From an uncultured virus (IMG/VR IMGVR_UViG_3300029258_002658) (lineage: Duplodnaviria > Heunggongvirae > Uroviricota > Caudoviricetes): DNA of 64,000 nt. Of this stretch, positions 28,569 through 38,038 are shown piece after piece. Where the stretch lies: the IMG/VR virus record IMGVR_UViG_3300029258_002658. The stretch is one strand, 5' to 3'. The notes beneath the pieces were generated by a model. It had not been told where the DNA came from. It was given only the letters and a program-made list of their open reading frames with translations, and searched no databases. The translations under genes and the position numbers were made by a program. Each line of letters begins with the position of its first letter. Position 1 is the first letter of the stretch.

Positions 28569-29939
28569 ATGACACAACCTATCGCTTGGACCGAAGAGTT
28601 CGGTCTCCTCAACGGGATCTGGACCATCGAATCCCCGAAGGGAGGCCATCGTACCTTCAAGGTCCAGACCCAACCAAAGAAGTCCAAGTTCGCTCCGGGC
28701 CAGCGTGTGGTTTACATGCTCACGGGGCCGAACAACTCGGACGACTGGACACCGTTTGGGTTTATGAGCAAGGATGGCCGGGAGATCTACGTCTGGAAGA
28801 AGTACCGGGACACCGACTCTGGGTTCTACCCCAAGGCCGCGAAAACGCTCCTGTCCCTCGCGCAGTTCCGCGAAGAGGCCGCTCTCCACAAGAAGGGCTA
28901 CCGGCTACTGGGCGAAGCGAAGTGTATGCGTTGCGGTCGGCGGCTTACAACACCCGAGTCCATCGAACGGGGCATCGGCCCAGAGTGCGCCAAGAAAGGG
29001 GTGACCGGCGGTTCTGTAGGTTCCGTCTACGTAAACGAGATCGATGAAATGGTCGGCCCTGTGGTTGAACGACTCAACGCGATCCACCAGATCTTCGAGA
29101 GCCAGCTGAAGGGAAGGCTCCGCTACGGGAAGAACCCCAGCTTCCTCGCGGAGATGCTTGACCCTGTGTTCGTAGAAGCCTTCAACGCCGAAGGGCAGCA
29201 GACACTCGCCCCCACCTCCAAGTACATCGAACCTTACCCTGATGCCGTTCGAGAGTGGCTGAAGGATCTAGCCGAGGCTGTTGCGGGTTACAGCCCTGAC
29301 TGGACCGAAAACTACGAGGCCAACCACATCCACGACCTTGTTCTGAAAGCCCCCTCCATCGAGTCGCTCCTCGACGGCTCCTACCGGGTCAACTTCAGCA
29401 GCATCATAGGGCATATCCGGCCCTACCAGTTCCGGGCGTGGCATGAGCAAGGGTCCGATACCATAGCTGAGTTAGCGGTAGACGCGGCCCTGTACACTGC
29501 CGACATCGCAGGCGCTGCTACGGGTTTCCTCCGCGCCTTCGTCGCCCTCCAAGACCCTGACACTGGGGAGCCAATCCCACCGGAAGAGATCGAGGCCGAA
29601 GACCTTCAGAGGTACATCGACAACCGCCTCGACTGGACCGAGGAGTTCCTCCGGAACCTTGATGACCCTAACCACCCAATCCAGCAGTGGACCTTCATCG
29701 GAGACACCATCCAAGAGAAGTTCCGGGAAGCGAGGAGTGAAGCTGGCCTATCGGCGGCGAAGTTTGACACTGCTATCCGCGATGCTTTGGCTCTCCCCAG
29801 CAGCAAGGAACGAGGGATGACGTGGCTCAAGGGTATGAAGCCGCTGGAGGTTGCCCAAGCGGTATGGCTCTACGAGTCCATGTATGCCGGGGCATTCAGC
29901 GACGGGGACCTCCTACTCGAAGCCGCTCTCGGGGAGTAA
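28569..29939 (+). CDS. DUF6011 zinc-finger domain protein with large acidic C-terminal domain
   Basis: CMRCGRRLTTPESIERGIGPEC signature. Confidence 0.75.
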   Translation: MTQPIAWTEEFGLLNGIWTIESPKGGHRTFKVQTQPKKSKFAPGQRVVYMLTGPNNSDDWTPFGFMSKDGREIYVWKKYRDTDSGFYPKAAKTLLSLAQFREEAALHKKGYRLLGEAKCMRCGRRLTTPESIERGIGPECAKKGVTGGSVGSVYVNEIDEMVGPVVERLNAIHQIFESQLKGRLRYGKNPSFLAEMLDPVFVEAFNAEGQQTLAPTSKYIEPYPDAVREWLKDLAEAVAGYSPDWTENYEANHIHDLVLKAPSIESLLDGSYRVNFSSIIGHIRPYQFRAWHEQGSDTIAELAVDAALYTADIAGAATGFLRAFVALQDPDTGEPIPPEEIEAEDLQRYIDNRLDWTEEFLRNLDDPNHPIQQWTFIGDTIQEKFREARSEAGLSAAKFDTAIRDALALPSSKERGMTWLKGMKPLEVAQAVWLYESMYAGAFSDGDLLLEAALGE

Positions 29940-30005
29940 AGCACACGAGCAGGCTCATAGACCTAGGCACTCCGCCCGAACCGCCGAACAAGACGCCCAG
30001 GTGAC

Positions 30006-30728
30006 CTAAACCTCCTCGAAGTCGATGCCGGAGTTCTCGACACCAGGATCGGCAGCGACCACGGAGAAAGTCCGGGTCGCGAGGCTATCGTTCGCGTCAT
30101 ATCCCTCGTCCTCGATCCGGATCCAGTACTGGTCATGCTCCCAAAACACCTCGACGCGAGTGGGGTCCAGCATCCCCTGGAACTCTGGACCCTTGCGGAA
30201 GATCTCCTCGATCTCGTTTTCTGACGGCCAGTCGTTGGGGTCGGTACTCACCTCACCATCAGCAGTCATCCCTGGCTCCATCCCCACAGTCGGGCCGCCC
30301 ACTCCGGGATGGTAGAACATGTACTCACCCGTCTCCAGGTTCACGAGGTCGTATCCGCCGCGCTCCCCTTCCGCCCACACATTCGGCCAGTACTGGCTCT
30401 TCTCCATCCAAGACTTGATCTCAGCGAGAAGCGAATCGAAGTCTTCAGCTTCCGCAATCGGCTTCCTGATGTAATAGGCCTCGTACACCTCTGGTCTGCT
30501 GTTCCAAGGGATGAATATGTCGTCGTCCTGAGGCTCCCACTCAGGTTCTTCATCGTCCTCCCAGTCCCCCTGGACCGTAGCGACCTCAGCCACCATCACC
30601 ACCCACTCCCCAGCATCGTCCCGATACTCGACCTGAATCGTAGGGACCTCCTCGCGCTCGAACTCGATTCCTTGCCGGAAAGCATTGGCCTCGGCCTCGG
30701 TGTCGAATGCGTACTCCGTCCAGTTCAT
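30006..30728 (-). CDS. highly acidic modular hypothetical protein
   Basis: MNWTEYAF start; D/E-rich small domains. Confidence 0.6.
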   Translation of the reverse strand: MNWTEYAFDTEAEANAFRQGIEFEREEVPTIQVEYRDDAGEWVVMVAEVATVQGDWEDDEEPEWEPQDDDIFIPWNSRPEVYEAYYIRKPIAEAEDFDSLLAEIKSWMEKSQYWPNVWAEGERGGYDLVNLETGEYMFYHPGVGGPTVGMEPGMTADGEVSTDPNDWPSENEIEEIFRKGPEFQGMLDPTRVEVFWEHDQYWIRIEDEGYDANDSLATRTFSVVAADPGVENSGIDFEEV

Positions 30729-30822
30729 GGCTCTGCTTTCTATGGTATTGACCAACGCTCGGTCTAATCTTGCTACGCCACATTCTCCATCAGAAACCGG
30801 AAACCCGCAACAGGAGGGGGCT

Positions 30823-31371
30823 GTGCATTTAGAGCGTGTCGATGTCCTGTTCTCGATCCGGCAGGGCGATGAATCTATCGAGATCGTGGCCGAAAGCCTG
30901 ACAGGCCGCGATACCAGGGAACGCATGGGATCCGTTCTCCTGGAGCCGTCCCCTTTCGTAGAAGGTGCCTGGGTACCTCGGTCACTCCGCATCAAACTGG
31001 AGTGGCGTAGAAGGGGGATCGAACAGCCCCTCCTGTTGGTTACCCTCGAAGAGGTGGGGCGCGTTCATCTGGACTGGGAACGCCCCGTTACAGGCCTGAT
31101 GCTGTGGACGTGGAGGTGTCTCTATGAGGATCACAAGGAGACGCTGGAGGGGAGCAAGATCGAGCGGAGCCAGATTCTTGAAGGGTGGACCCACGAAGGG
31201 CTGGAGGAGCCCTGGGTAGTCTGGAACGCACAGCTAGCAGGGCAACGGGTGACTCTGGACGTTCTCACCGAGCCCGAGGAGGACATCACCCCTCTGGGTT
31301 GGATCCTCGAAACTGAAAAAGTTTTTCAAAAAGGAGAGGCCGGGACTCGCGCCCCGGCCCCCTCTATGTAG
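30823..31371 (+). CDS. hypothetical protein
   Basis: AGGAGG RBS before GTG 30823. Confidence 0.55.
   Translation: MHLERVDVLFSIRQGDESIEIVAESLTGRDTRERMGSVLLEPSPFVEGAWVPRSLRIKLEWRRRGIEQPLLLVTLEEVGRVHLDWERPVTGLMLWTWRCLYEDHKETLEGSKIERSQILEGWTHEGLEEPWVVWNAQLAGQRVTLDVLTEPEEDITPLGWILETEKVFQKGEAGTRAPAPSM
31308..31334. promoter_or_regulatory. 27-bp palindromic site, copy 4 (right end degenerate)
   Basis: CGAAACTGAAAAA-G-TTTTTCAAAAAGG, inside the 3' end of ORF 30823. Confidence 0.55.
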
Positions 31372-31391
31372 ACCGTAGCTGTGGCTACGGG

Positions 31392-32459
31392 CTATGGGAG
31401 ATCCTGGAAGTACTGCCCCGAAGCGATGTAGATGCCATCGTCGGTCTGGTAGGTGATCGCTTTCTTCGCCCACGGGTAGTTAGGGGAAGTGAACCCAGTC
31501 ACCGGATACCGGGCGACGTTGCTGATCCGCACCTCATCGATCCAGCCGGAGAAGAACCGCTCGCCCATCGGGGCACCGACACTGTCCACGAAGGGGGCGA
31601 ACGCTGGGACGTGCCCGATGTGAAGGGTGTCGAGCGTGGCGATGTTTTGGGTAGCGGTCGTCGCTGGCGCAGTCGGCTCTCCGTTGATGAAGATCCGGAT
31701 GTCCGGGCCGTTCTTCTGGACAACGAGATGGTACCACCACAAGTGCCGGGGCCAGATCTGTTGGTAGGAGATTTGACCTAAGGCCCCATCACCATAGAGC
31801 AATGTCAAACCGTCCGGCAGGTTCGGCCCTGGCTGAGCAGAGGATTCGACTAGGAAGATCCCCTTAAAAGCATTCAGAGCCCCGCCGAGGGAGGTGCTGT
31901 CGTAGAGACCCAAGTACGCGATATCCTCCAAGTCGGGATCTACGAGGCTACCACCGGGGCCTGGAATGTTGTTCATCAGCTTGGTCATCCAGAACTCGAT
32001 GGTGAAGTCATCGAGACCGGCGAGGTTCGCCTGAATCCAGGCTCCGTTGTTGACTAAGACATACTCGTCGCTGGGGAAGAAGACCGAGCCCTTCCCGAAG
32101 TGGCGGCGGTTGAGGTCCAACCGCGTCTGGTCCCCATCGGTGTTGTCGATGGGTGGGACCTCCGGATTGTCCTCGTCCACCGAGTTGAGATAGCGATCCG
32201 GTGTTGATCCCGCGACAATGCTGTTGAGGTGCGCCAGTATGAGGGTATTCGCGTCGATGCCAGGGGTCACCGTATCCGGCACCTTGGCTGCTGCCGCCTC
32301 CACTTCCTTCAGCAGGGTCGCATTCTGGAGCATCAGCCTCTTCAGGGCTTGGAGTCCACCGCCAGCCGTCGGCTGCGGGTTGAGATCCCCGCGAGAGAGG
32401 GAGATTTTGCCCTTGGTCAACTTCTCGATCAGAGCGTTGATGTCTTGTTCAGTCGTCAT
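31392..32459 (-). CDS. LamG/concanavalin-like domain protein (putative spike/receptor-binding)
   Basis: DDFTIEFW, WYHLVV, IFINGE, FSGWIDEVRISNVARY; GGAGG RBS. Confidence 0.8.
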   Translation of the reverse strand: MTTEQDINALIEKLTKGKISLSRGDLNPQPTAGGGLQALKRLMLQNATLLKEVEAAAAKVPDTVTPGIDANTLILAHLNSIVAGSTPDRYLNSVDEDNPEVPPIDNTDGDQTRLDLNRRHFGKGSVFFPSDEYVLVNNGAWIQANLAGLDDFTIEFWMTKLMNNIPGPGGSLVDPDLEDIAYLGLYDSTSLGGALNAFKGIFLVESSAQPGPNLPDGLTLLYGDGALGQISYQQIWPRHLWWYHLVVQKNGPDIRIFINGEPTAPATTATQNIATLDTLHIGHVPAFAPFVDSVGAPMGERFFSGWIDEVRISNVARYPVTGFTSPNYPWAKKAITYQTDDGIYIASGQYFQDLP

Positions 32460-32544
32460 AGGTATCCTCCAGGGGAAACGAAAGCACTCGAACACTGCGA
32501 TCTAGTTTACTCGTGGTGTCAAGGCTAACACCCCTATATGGATA

Positions 32545-32573
32545 TTCCAATGCAAAGGTATCCACCTTAGAAT
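32545..32573 (+). promoter_or_regulatory. sigma70-like promoter for fibre operon
   Basis: TTCCAA-17 bp-TAGAAT, 44 bp upstream of ATG 32618. Confidence 0.4.
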
Positions 32574-32617
32574 ACGCCTCACGACCTTTTGATAACCACC
32601 CAACAAGGACCCCGTAG

Positions 32618-33091
32618 ATGACCACACCGCTTACCCTTGAACAGATCGTAGCGCGGGCTGCTGACGCACCTCCCCTAGGGGAATCCGAAGTGGCTCCGCA
32701 GACCACGGGCCGCAGGCCCACCCGAAGCGGGTTCGTTCGTTGGGCACAGCTGCTCATCCAAAGCATCGTGTCATTGCTGACCCAGGCAGGAGACCAGGGC
32801 AATGTGGTTACCGTAGCCGCAGGGGCTACCTACAACGCCTCGGCAGGAGACAGCCTGATCCTCTGCGAGACCGCACCTGGAAGCCCTTGCACAGTCAACC
32901 TCCCGGCGCTACCGAACACAGGGAGGTTGAAGGTCACGGTCAAGAACAAGGGTACTGGAGCCACCTTCGATACCGTGTCGGTGGCTGCAAACGGCACGGA
33001 CACCATCGATGGTCAGGCCACTCAGACCTTGACGGTCCAGTACCAAACCCTCCCAACCCTCGGCTTCAGCGGCGAGTGGTACGTCCTCTAA
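32618..33091 (+). CDS. short fibre/spike-like protein
   Basis: TVNLP..VTVKN..GTDTIDG fibre-type beta domain; shared N-terminal motif. Confidence 0.6.
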   Translation: MTTPLTLEQIVARAADAPPLGESEVAPQTTGRRPTRSGFVRWAQLLIQSIVSLLTQAGDQGNVVTVAAGATYNASAGDSLILCETAPGSPCTVNLPALPNTGRLKVTVKNKGTGATFDTVSVAANGTDTIDGQATQTLTVQYQTLPTLGFSGEWYVL

Positions 33092-33112
33092 GAAACCTTT
33101 CGGAGATGCACG

Positions 33113-34225
33113 ATGTCCCACCGTGACGCAGCATTCGTTCAGGAAGCCGTCGAAGCCGCTTTGGTAGCCGCACAAGCCCTTGAGATAAAGGGTGTCATCA
33201 CAGCGGACGCTGATTTCTTAGCGATCCCCACTCCTGCCGAAAGGGAGAACGGCTGGACGTACCGCTGTCCCGCCGGGAACCCAACGCCAGTCACCGACAA
33301 CACAGTCGCCCCTCCCCAGACCTTCCAGCCAGGGGACGAGTTCTTCTGGGTTACGGGAGGTACCAACTGGGTCAACCTCGGCCCAGGCCTCGCGAAGGGT
33401 ATCGGCTACGACAACAGCAGCACACTGCTCGCAGCGACCAACGTTCAGGACGCCATCGACCAGATCTTCCTCCCTCCTCGGCGTCTCCCGCTCCGCAGTG
33501 TCGGAGGCGGAGCCTCGGTACCCCTGAACGTCGATACGGACTGCGTTGTTGCAGTAGACACCACAGCAGGTCCGACCGTGGTGACGCTACCCCTCGCCTC
33601 TTCGGTACCTGCCTCACCTTCCATCCGAGAGTATTACATCTGGCACTTCGGTGGTGGAAACTCGCTCACCATTCAGCTAACCGGTCCTGACACTTTCCCC
33701 CAAGGCCACACCAAGGTCGAGTTGCCGAGCATCGGTGACGTGATCCAGATCGGAGTTGTTGGTGGTGGAGGATGGGGCTCCATAGGCCGTCAAGAGGTCT
33801 ACATCCAGGTGGGACGCACAACGGCTTGGGCAGCCGCCAACTTCCCTGCCCCCGGTACGCCTGTTCCTTTCGACACCCTCTTCCAAGAGCAGAACGACGA
33901 AATCCTCGACTGGGATGCCGGAAGTCCCACTCTAATCCAAGCGAAAGTACAAGGGCTTTACCGCATATCGTACTGGTTCTCCATCCAATCGCTCGGAGCC
34001 CCCACTTGGAACTGTACTGCTCAGCTGCTTAAGAATGGCGCACTCCTACTGCCGGAATCTCGCATAACCACAGGCAACTTTGGAGGCGAAGACCAAGGGA
34101 CATCCATCGGGACTGTCCTCGTTCCTCTGCTCGCCGGAGAGACTTTGCAGTTAGTGTTGTCCCAATCGGGGCCACTCAACGGTCAGCTGGTTGACGCTAC
34201 GGTATCGGCCTCCATCATCATTTAG
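33113..34225 (+). CDS. fibre/spike protein with C-terminal C1q/TNF-like head
   Basis: ATNVQDAID fibre motif; VDTTAGPTVVTLP; head VPFD..QGLYRISY..LLAGETLQL. Confidence 0.65.
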   Translation: MSHRDAAFVQEAVEAALVAAQALEIKGVITADADFLAIPTPAERENGWTYRCPAGNPTPVTDNTVAPPQTFQPGDEFFWVTGGTNWVNLGPGLAKGIGYDNSSTLLAATNVQDAIDQIFLPPRRLPLRSVGGGASVPLNVDTDCVVAVDTTAGPTVVTLPLASSVPASPSIREYYIWHFGGGNSLTIQLTGPDTFPQGHTKVELPSIGDVIQIGVVGGGGWGSIGRQEVYIQVGRTTAWAAANFPAPGTPVPFDTLFQEQNDEILDWDAGSPTLIQAKVQGLYRISYWFSIQSLGAPTWNCTAQLLKNGALLLPESRITTGNFGGEDQGTSIGTVLVPLLAGETLQLVLSQSGPLNGQLVDATVSASIII

Positions 34226-34260
34226 TCGCCTAACCATGGCCGACCACGGAACCAACCAAC

Positions 34261-34866
34261 ATGGCCGACCATCTAACCCAACTCAAAGGCCTCCTCCGGA
34301 AGCCCGATCCCCTTAACCAGAACGACGTGGCTCCGGCTCCGTCCTCGAAACGCCAAACAAGAGGGGGGTTTCCAGGTTGGGTCGTACGCTGCCTCCGGCT
34401 GCTCACCAACCTCGTTTCAGGGGTGGCCGATCCTCCCAGTATCGGACTCTCCAGTACCTCTCCCGCAGGTGAGGATGTCCCAGCAGGCGGTGGTGAATCC
34501 AGCTTTGTTGTCCCCATCCCATCGACGTTCGTGGAGATGAATGCGCTGACTCTGGAGATCAGCGATATCAACCCCGGCCCAGGGATCTCCGCCTTCGATG
34601 TGGCGCTGTACGACACGGAAGCCAACCGTGACGCTGGCACCTACGATGTCAACGACCCTGGCCTACAGTTCCTGGCCCCGAACATCATCGAAGCCACTGA
34701 CGGGCCGGTGGTCTACCGAGCAGCCGTGTTAGGGCTCATGCAAGGCTCTTTGGATAGCCAACAGGCCTACCTCTGGGGACGTATTCGCAACAACGACGTG
34801 GGCAGTACCTTCGACGGCACGATTGCTGTGGAGGCCTATGGTCGCGCAGGGCAAAGGGCGGTCTAG
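34261..34866 (+). CDS. putative structural protein (beta-rich)
   Basis: Shares the N-terminal PL..NDV..GGF..W motif with neighbours. Confidence 0.55.
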   Translation: MADHLTQLKGLLRKPDPLNQNDVAPAPSSKRQTRGGFPGWVVRCLRLLTNLVSGVADPPSIGLSSTSPAGEDVPAGGGESSFVVPIPSTFVEMNALTLEISDINPGPGISAFDVALYDTEANRDAGTYDVNDPGLQFLAPNIIEATDGPVVYRAAVLGLMQGSLDSQQAYLWGRIRNNDVGSTFDGTIAVEAYGRAGQRAV

Positions 34867-35936
34867 TGGGCGACTTCACCTTCCCTCCTCCCCCTACCGC
34901 AGCTTTCCCGAGAGGTCTCCGCAAAGGAGACATCCTCCGCCCGGAGATGACCTCCTCCATCAACCTCTTTGAGGCCCCTCCTGTTGTTTCATCGGCAACC
35001 AGTGGGCTTGCTCCTCGGATCCGTCCTTCTGCGCTATACGCAGACCGTGGCTTCCTGTACTTCGTGGCATTTGGCAACCCTTGGGGTTTCCATGTTGCTT
35101 CTTTAGCGGACCCCGCAGAGCCGGAGATTATTGGAGAGATCTTCGCCGGGATATCTCCTCTCCCCTACAAAGTGAGGGCTCGTACGGATATGGGGCTAGC
35201 GTGGATCTGCACCAGTTCGGGGAGTCGGGTACGGAAGTACGACGTATCTGACCCTGCCGCACCAGTGCAAATCGCAACCGCGAATTGTGGCGCTCAGCCC
35301 TTCGGCTTCGATGTCAACGAGGACGCCACTCTTATCGTCGCCGCTACAACCAATGGAGGCACAGGCTTTCGCGTAATCGATCAAGCAACCATGACAATCA
35401 TTGGGAGCCTGATCGACGGGACGGCGTATGCTGATGCGGCAATTGAAGGGGGCTACGGCTACGCTACGTCCTTCACCGAAGGGTCGTTACGAGTGATCGA
35501 TGTTAGTGACCCAACCACCCCGACACTACTGGGTACCTTAGCGGGTTTGGGAGGCAACGTCCGACGCATACTCGTCCGCAAGCAGATCGCTTACGTCCTC
35601 GCTCGAAACGGAACGAACCTGCTCTATGTGATTGACTGCACCGATCCAACAACCCCTACCCTGGTGCAGTCCCTACCATGCTTCAACAACGGCGATGAGT
35701 CGAATCTGGAGTTCAACGGCAACGTTCTGCTCACTAGTACATTCTCGACAGGGGCCAACGGACGGCTGCTTCGAGTGTGGTCCCTTGCAGATCCCTTGAA
35801 TGTACGGCTACTGAAGATCATCGAGACCACTGGGACGGACTACTTCTTCGGCATCGCCGCTGCCGGAGATTATCTCTACGTAGGCAATCGCCAGTTTGGA
35901 CCCGACAACCGGGTCTTCACCCTGAGACTGAGGTAA
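34866..35936 (+). CDS. LVIVD-repeat beta-propeller protein
   Basis: Repeats VASLADPAEP, YDVSDPAAP, VIDVSDPTTP, VIDCTDPTTP, VWSLADPLN; GDYLYV. Confidence 0.8.
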   Translation: MGDFTFPPPPTAAFPRGLRKGDILRPEMTSSINLFEAPPVVSSATSGLAPRIRPSALYADRGFLYFVAFGNPWGFHVASLADPAEPEIIGEIFAGISPLPYKVRARTDMGLAWICTSSGSRVRKYDVSDPAAPVQIATANCGAQPFGFDVNEDATLIVAATTNGGTGFRVIDQATMTIIGSLIDGTAYADAAIEGGYGYATSFTEGSLRVIDVSDPTTPTLLGTLAGLGGNVRRILVRKQIAYVLARNGTNLLYVIDCTDPTTPTLVQSLPCFNNGDESNLEFNGNVLLTSTFSTGANGRLLRVWSLADPLNVRLLKIIETTGTDYFFGIAAAGDYLYVGNRQFGPDNRVFTLRLR

Positions 35937-35940
35937 CCCA

Positions 35941-37533
35941 ATGCTCAACTACCTGGAACTCCAACGCCTTATCCGCAACCCCCGTCCTCTCGGCGCGAAC
36001 GATGTCAACCAAAGGAATCCCCAGGGCGGTTTCCCACAGTGGACACGGCGAGTATTCGAAGGCATTTCAGACCGTACCCAAGGCTCGCTTCGGCGGTTCT
36101 CGGAGATTGGGGCCGCTGCTGACTTTCCGGAGTCTCCAGAGGTAGGTGATCTCTATGAAGTCACAGCTGCTGTCACCGACCCGGTGACCGCCCTAGACTT
36201 CGAGAACGGGGACATCATCTACTGGAACGGGACGACCTGGAGGACGCTCCGGACCAAGATCTCCTTGGACAATCCGGCCCAGATCAAGGGCGTCATCACC
36301 GTAGATGGGGACTTCACCTCGATCCCAGTGCCAGACGAGCGCATCGAAGGATGGGTCTACCGCTGCCCAGTCGGCAACCCGACCCCGGTGACGGACAACA
36401 CCGTCGCCCCGCCCCAGACCTTCCAGCCAGGGGATGAGTTCCTGTGGATCGGTGACGGGTCCACGAACTGGATCAACCTTGGACCGGGCAGTGCAACGGC
36501 ACTGGCCTACGACAACTCCGGTAGTGGCCTTGTCGCCGCCAACGTCCAGGATGCCATCGATGAGGTAGCCGGAGGAAGCGGTGGCGGGGGAGGGATCTTC
36601 ACGTTCCCGGAGATCCTTTTCGTAGGTCCGGGATCGCCTGGAGCCGCTGACGACGCTGATCTCAATACACCCTTCGTCACCATCCAGGGGGCTCTGGATA
36701 CGATAGGTATACCTGCGGATCCCGCAGACTTTGTGAGACGGTTCATCGTTATCGTCGCCACTGGAGTCTATGACGAAGATCTAGTTGTGCCTGCGGGTAG
36801 GCTTATCCAACTGCTTGCCATGGGGCCTGTTGTATTAGGCGACGGCTCGCAAAACTGGTACGACTCCGCAACACCCCGGAACATCACCTGGAACCTGGAC
36901 GATGCTCTAGAGTTGGTTCCGGACAAGCAACGTCCGACGCTTATCCTAGGGCCAGCACTAGCACCTATAGGAGCCGGTGCAACCATTCACAATGCCTATG
37001 GGAGCGAATGGTTCGTTAGTGGTTCTCTGATCCCTACGCTGCTCGGAGCCGCTGGCACAAACGAACTGGCACTCACCAATGTTCGTCTAGCAAGAGGTAT
37101 CGACGGCTCTAGCGCAGTCGGGGCTGGTATCAACACGTACATCGACCGAATCCAATGCGGACGAATAAACCCCGTTCCCGTACCCCCGACTACCCCCACC
37201 GAGTCGCTGGTCATCAACGCACCCTCAATGCGACTCATATACGCCCACGAGTGCCTGTTCGGCCTTCCCTATGGCTCGCAAGGAGGTCACGTCCAAGTCC
37301 AATGGTGGAACCGGATCATCCGCTGCAATTTCCGCGACGGGTTTACTCCTTCCGGAGGCTCAATCTCAGATCCTGAATTGGGACGTGCGGGTATGTACCT
37401 CACCGAGTTCGTCGGGACGTACACCGCAGGCGGAACCTTGCCTGTGGATGGTGTCACCAATCATTCCATCAAGGCAACTGGGGCCATCGGCGGAGGAGCA
37501 GCCAAGACCATCATCAGCGATCTCACTCCGTAA
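35941..37533 (+). CDS. fibre/spike protein with probable beta-helix (pectate-lyase-like) C-terminal domain
   Basis: ANVQDAIDEV; PFVTIQGALD..IVATGVYDEDL (typical beta-helix N-cap). Confidence 0.65.
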   Translation: MLNYLELQRLIRNPRPLGANDVNQRNPQGGFPQWTRRVFEGISDRTQGSLRRFSEIGAAADFPESPEVGDLYEVTAAVTDPVTALDFENGDIIYWNGTTWRTLRTKISLDNPAQIKGVITVDGDFTSIPVPDERIEGWVYRCPVGNPTPVTDNTVAPPQTFQPGDEFLWIGDGSTNWINLGPGSATALAYDNSGSGLVAANVQDAIDEVAGGSGGGGGIFTFPEILFVGPGSPGAADDADLNTPFVTIQGALDTIGIPADPADFVRRFIVIVATGVYDEDLVVPAGRLIQLLAMGPVVLGDGSQNWYDSATPRNITWNLDDALELVPDKQRPTLILGPALAPIGAGATIHNAYGSEWFVSGSLIPTLLGAAGTNELALTNVRLARGIDGSSAVGAGINTYIDRIQCGRINPVPVPPTTPTESLVINAPSMRLIYAHECLFGLPYGSQGGHVQVQWWNRIIRCNFRDGFTPSGGSISDPELGRAGMYLTEFVGTYTAGGTLPVDGVTNHSIKATGAIGGGAAKTIISDLTP

Positions 37534-37546
37534 CCGCCTTCATCCG

Positions 37547-37588
37547 AAACGAGAGAGGGGCGTATCCTGTGTGAACCGCCCCTCTCTT
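37547..37588. terminator. hairpin terminator between convergent genes
   Basis: AGAGAGGGGCG..CGCCCCTCTCT stem. Confidence 0.65.
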
Positions 37589-37610
37589 ACTTCGACTCCT
37601 TCGCAACCTA

Positions 37611-37973
37611 CTAGTATTCGTCGTCGCGCCGACGCCCCTTCTTGTTAGACCGCTTCATTGGGTGGTCGCCCCTCCCACTGTTCCCGTCCGACCTCCGGCC
37701 TCCTCCGACATTGGAGCCCTGCTTCTCGATGGCTTCGGATACCCGGATGGTGCGCCCCAGGATCTCCTGACCGTCCATCCCTTCGATAGCCTGTTGGGCA
37801 TCCCCAGGGGACTTGAACGTAACGAAACCGAAGCCGCGTGACTTGCCGGATTCACGGTCAGTGATGACCTTTGCGGAAAGCACTTGGCACCCGATCCCAT
37901 CCTCAAAAGCCTCGCGCAGCGCGTCGTCGTCACACGCCCAAGCAAGGCCTCCTACAAACACCTTGTTCGCCAT
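37611..37973 (-). CDS. RRM (RNP-1) RNA-binding protein with Gly/Arg-rich tail
   Basis: RNP2 VFVGGL, RNP1 RGFGFVTF, ITDRESGKS. Confidence 0.93.
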   Translation of the reverse strand: MANKVFVGGLAWACDDDALREAFEDGIGCQVLSAKVITDRESGKSRGFGFVTFKSPGDAQQAIEGMDGQEILGRTIRVSEAIEKQGSNVGGGRRSDGNSGRGDHPMKRSNKKGRRRDDEY

Positions 37974-38038
37974 CGTTTTCCTTCTCACTGCAAAGGGCTG
38001 GGCTGTCTAGGTGAAAGCCTATCCTAGCCGTCCAACGA

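Noticed and set aside
33185..36561. Diversity-generating retroelement TR/VR pair
   Set aside because: Both copies are mid-gene, differences are not confined to adenines, and no reverse transcriptase is visible
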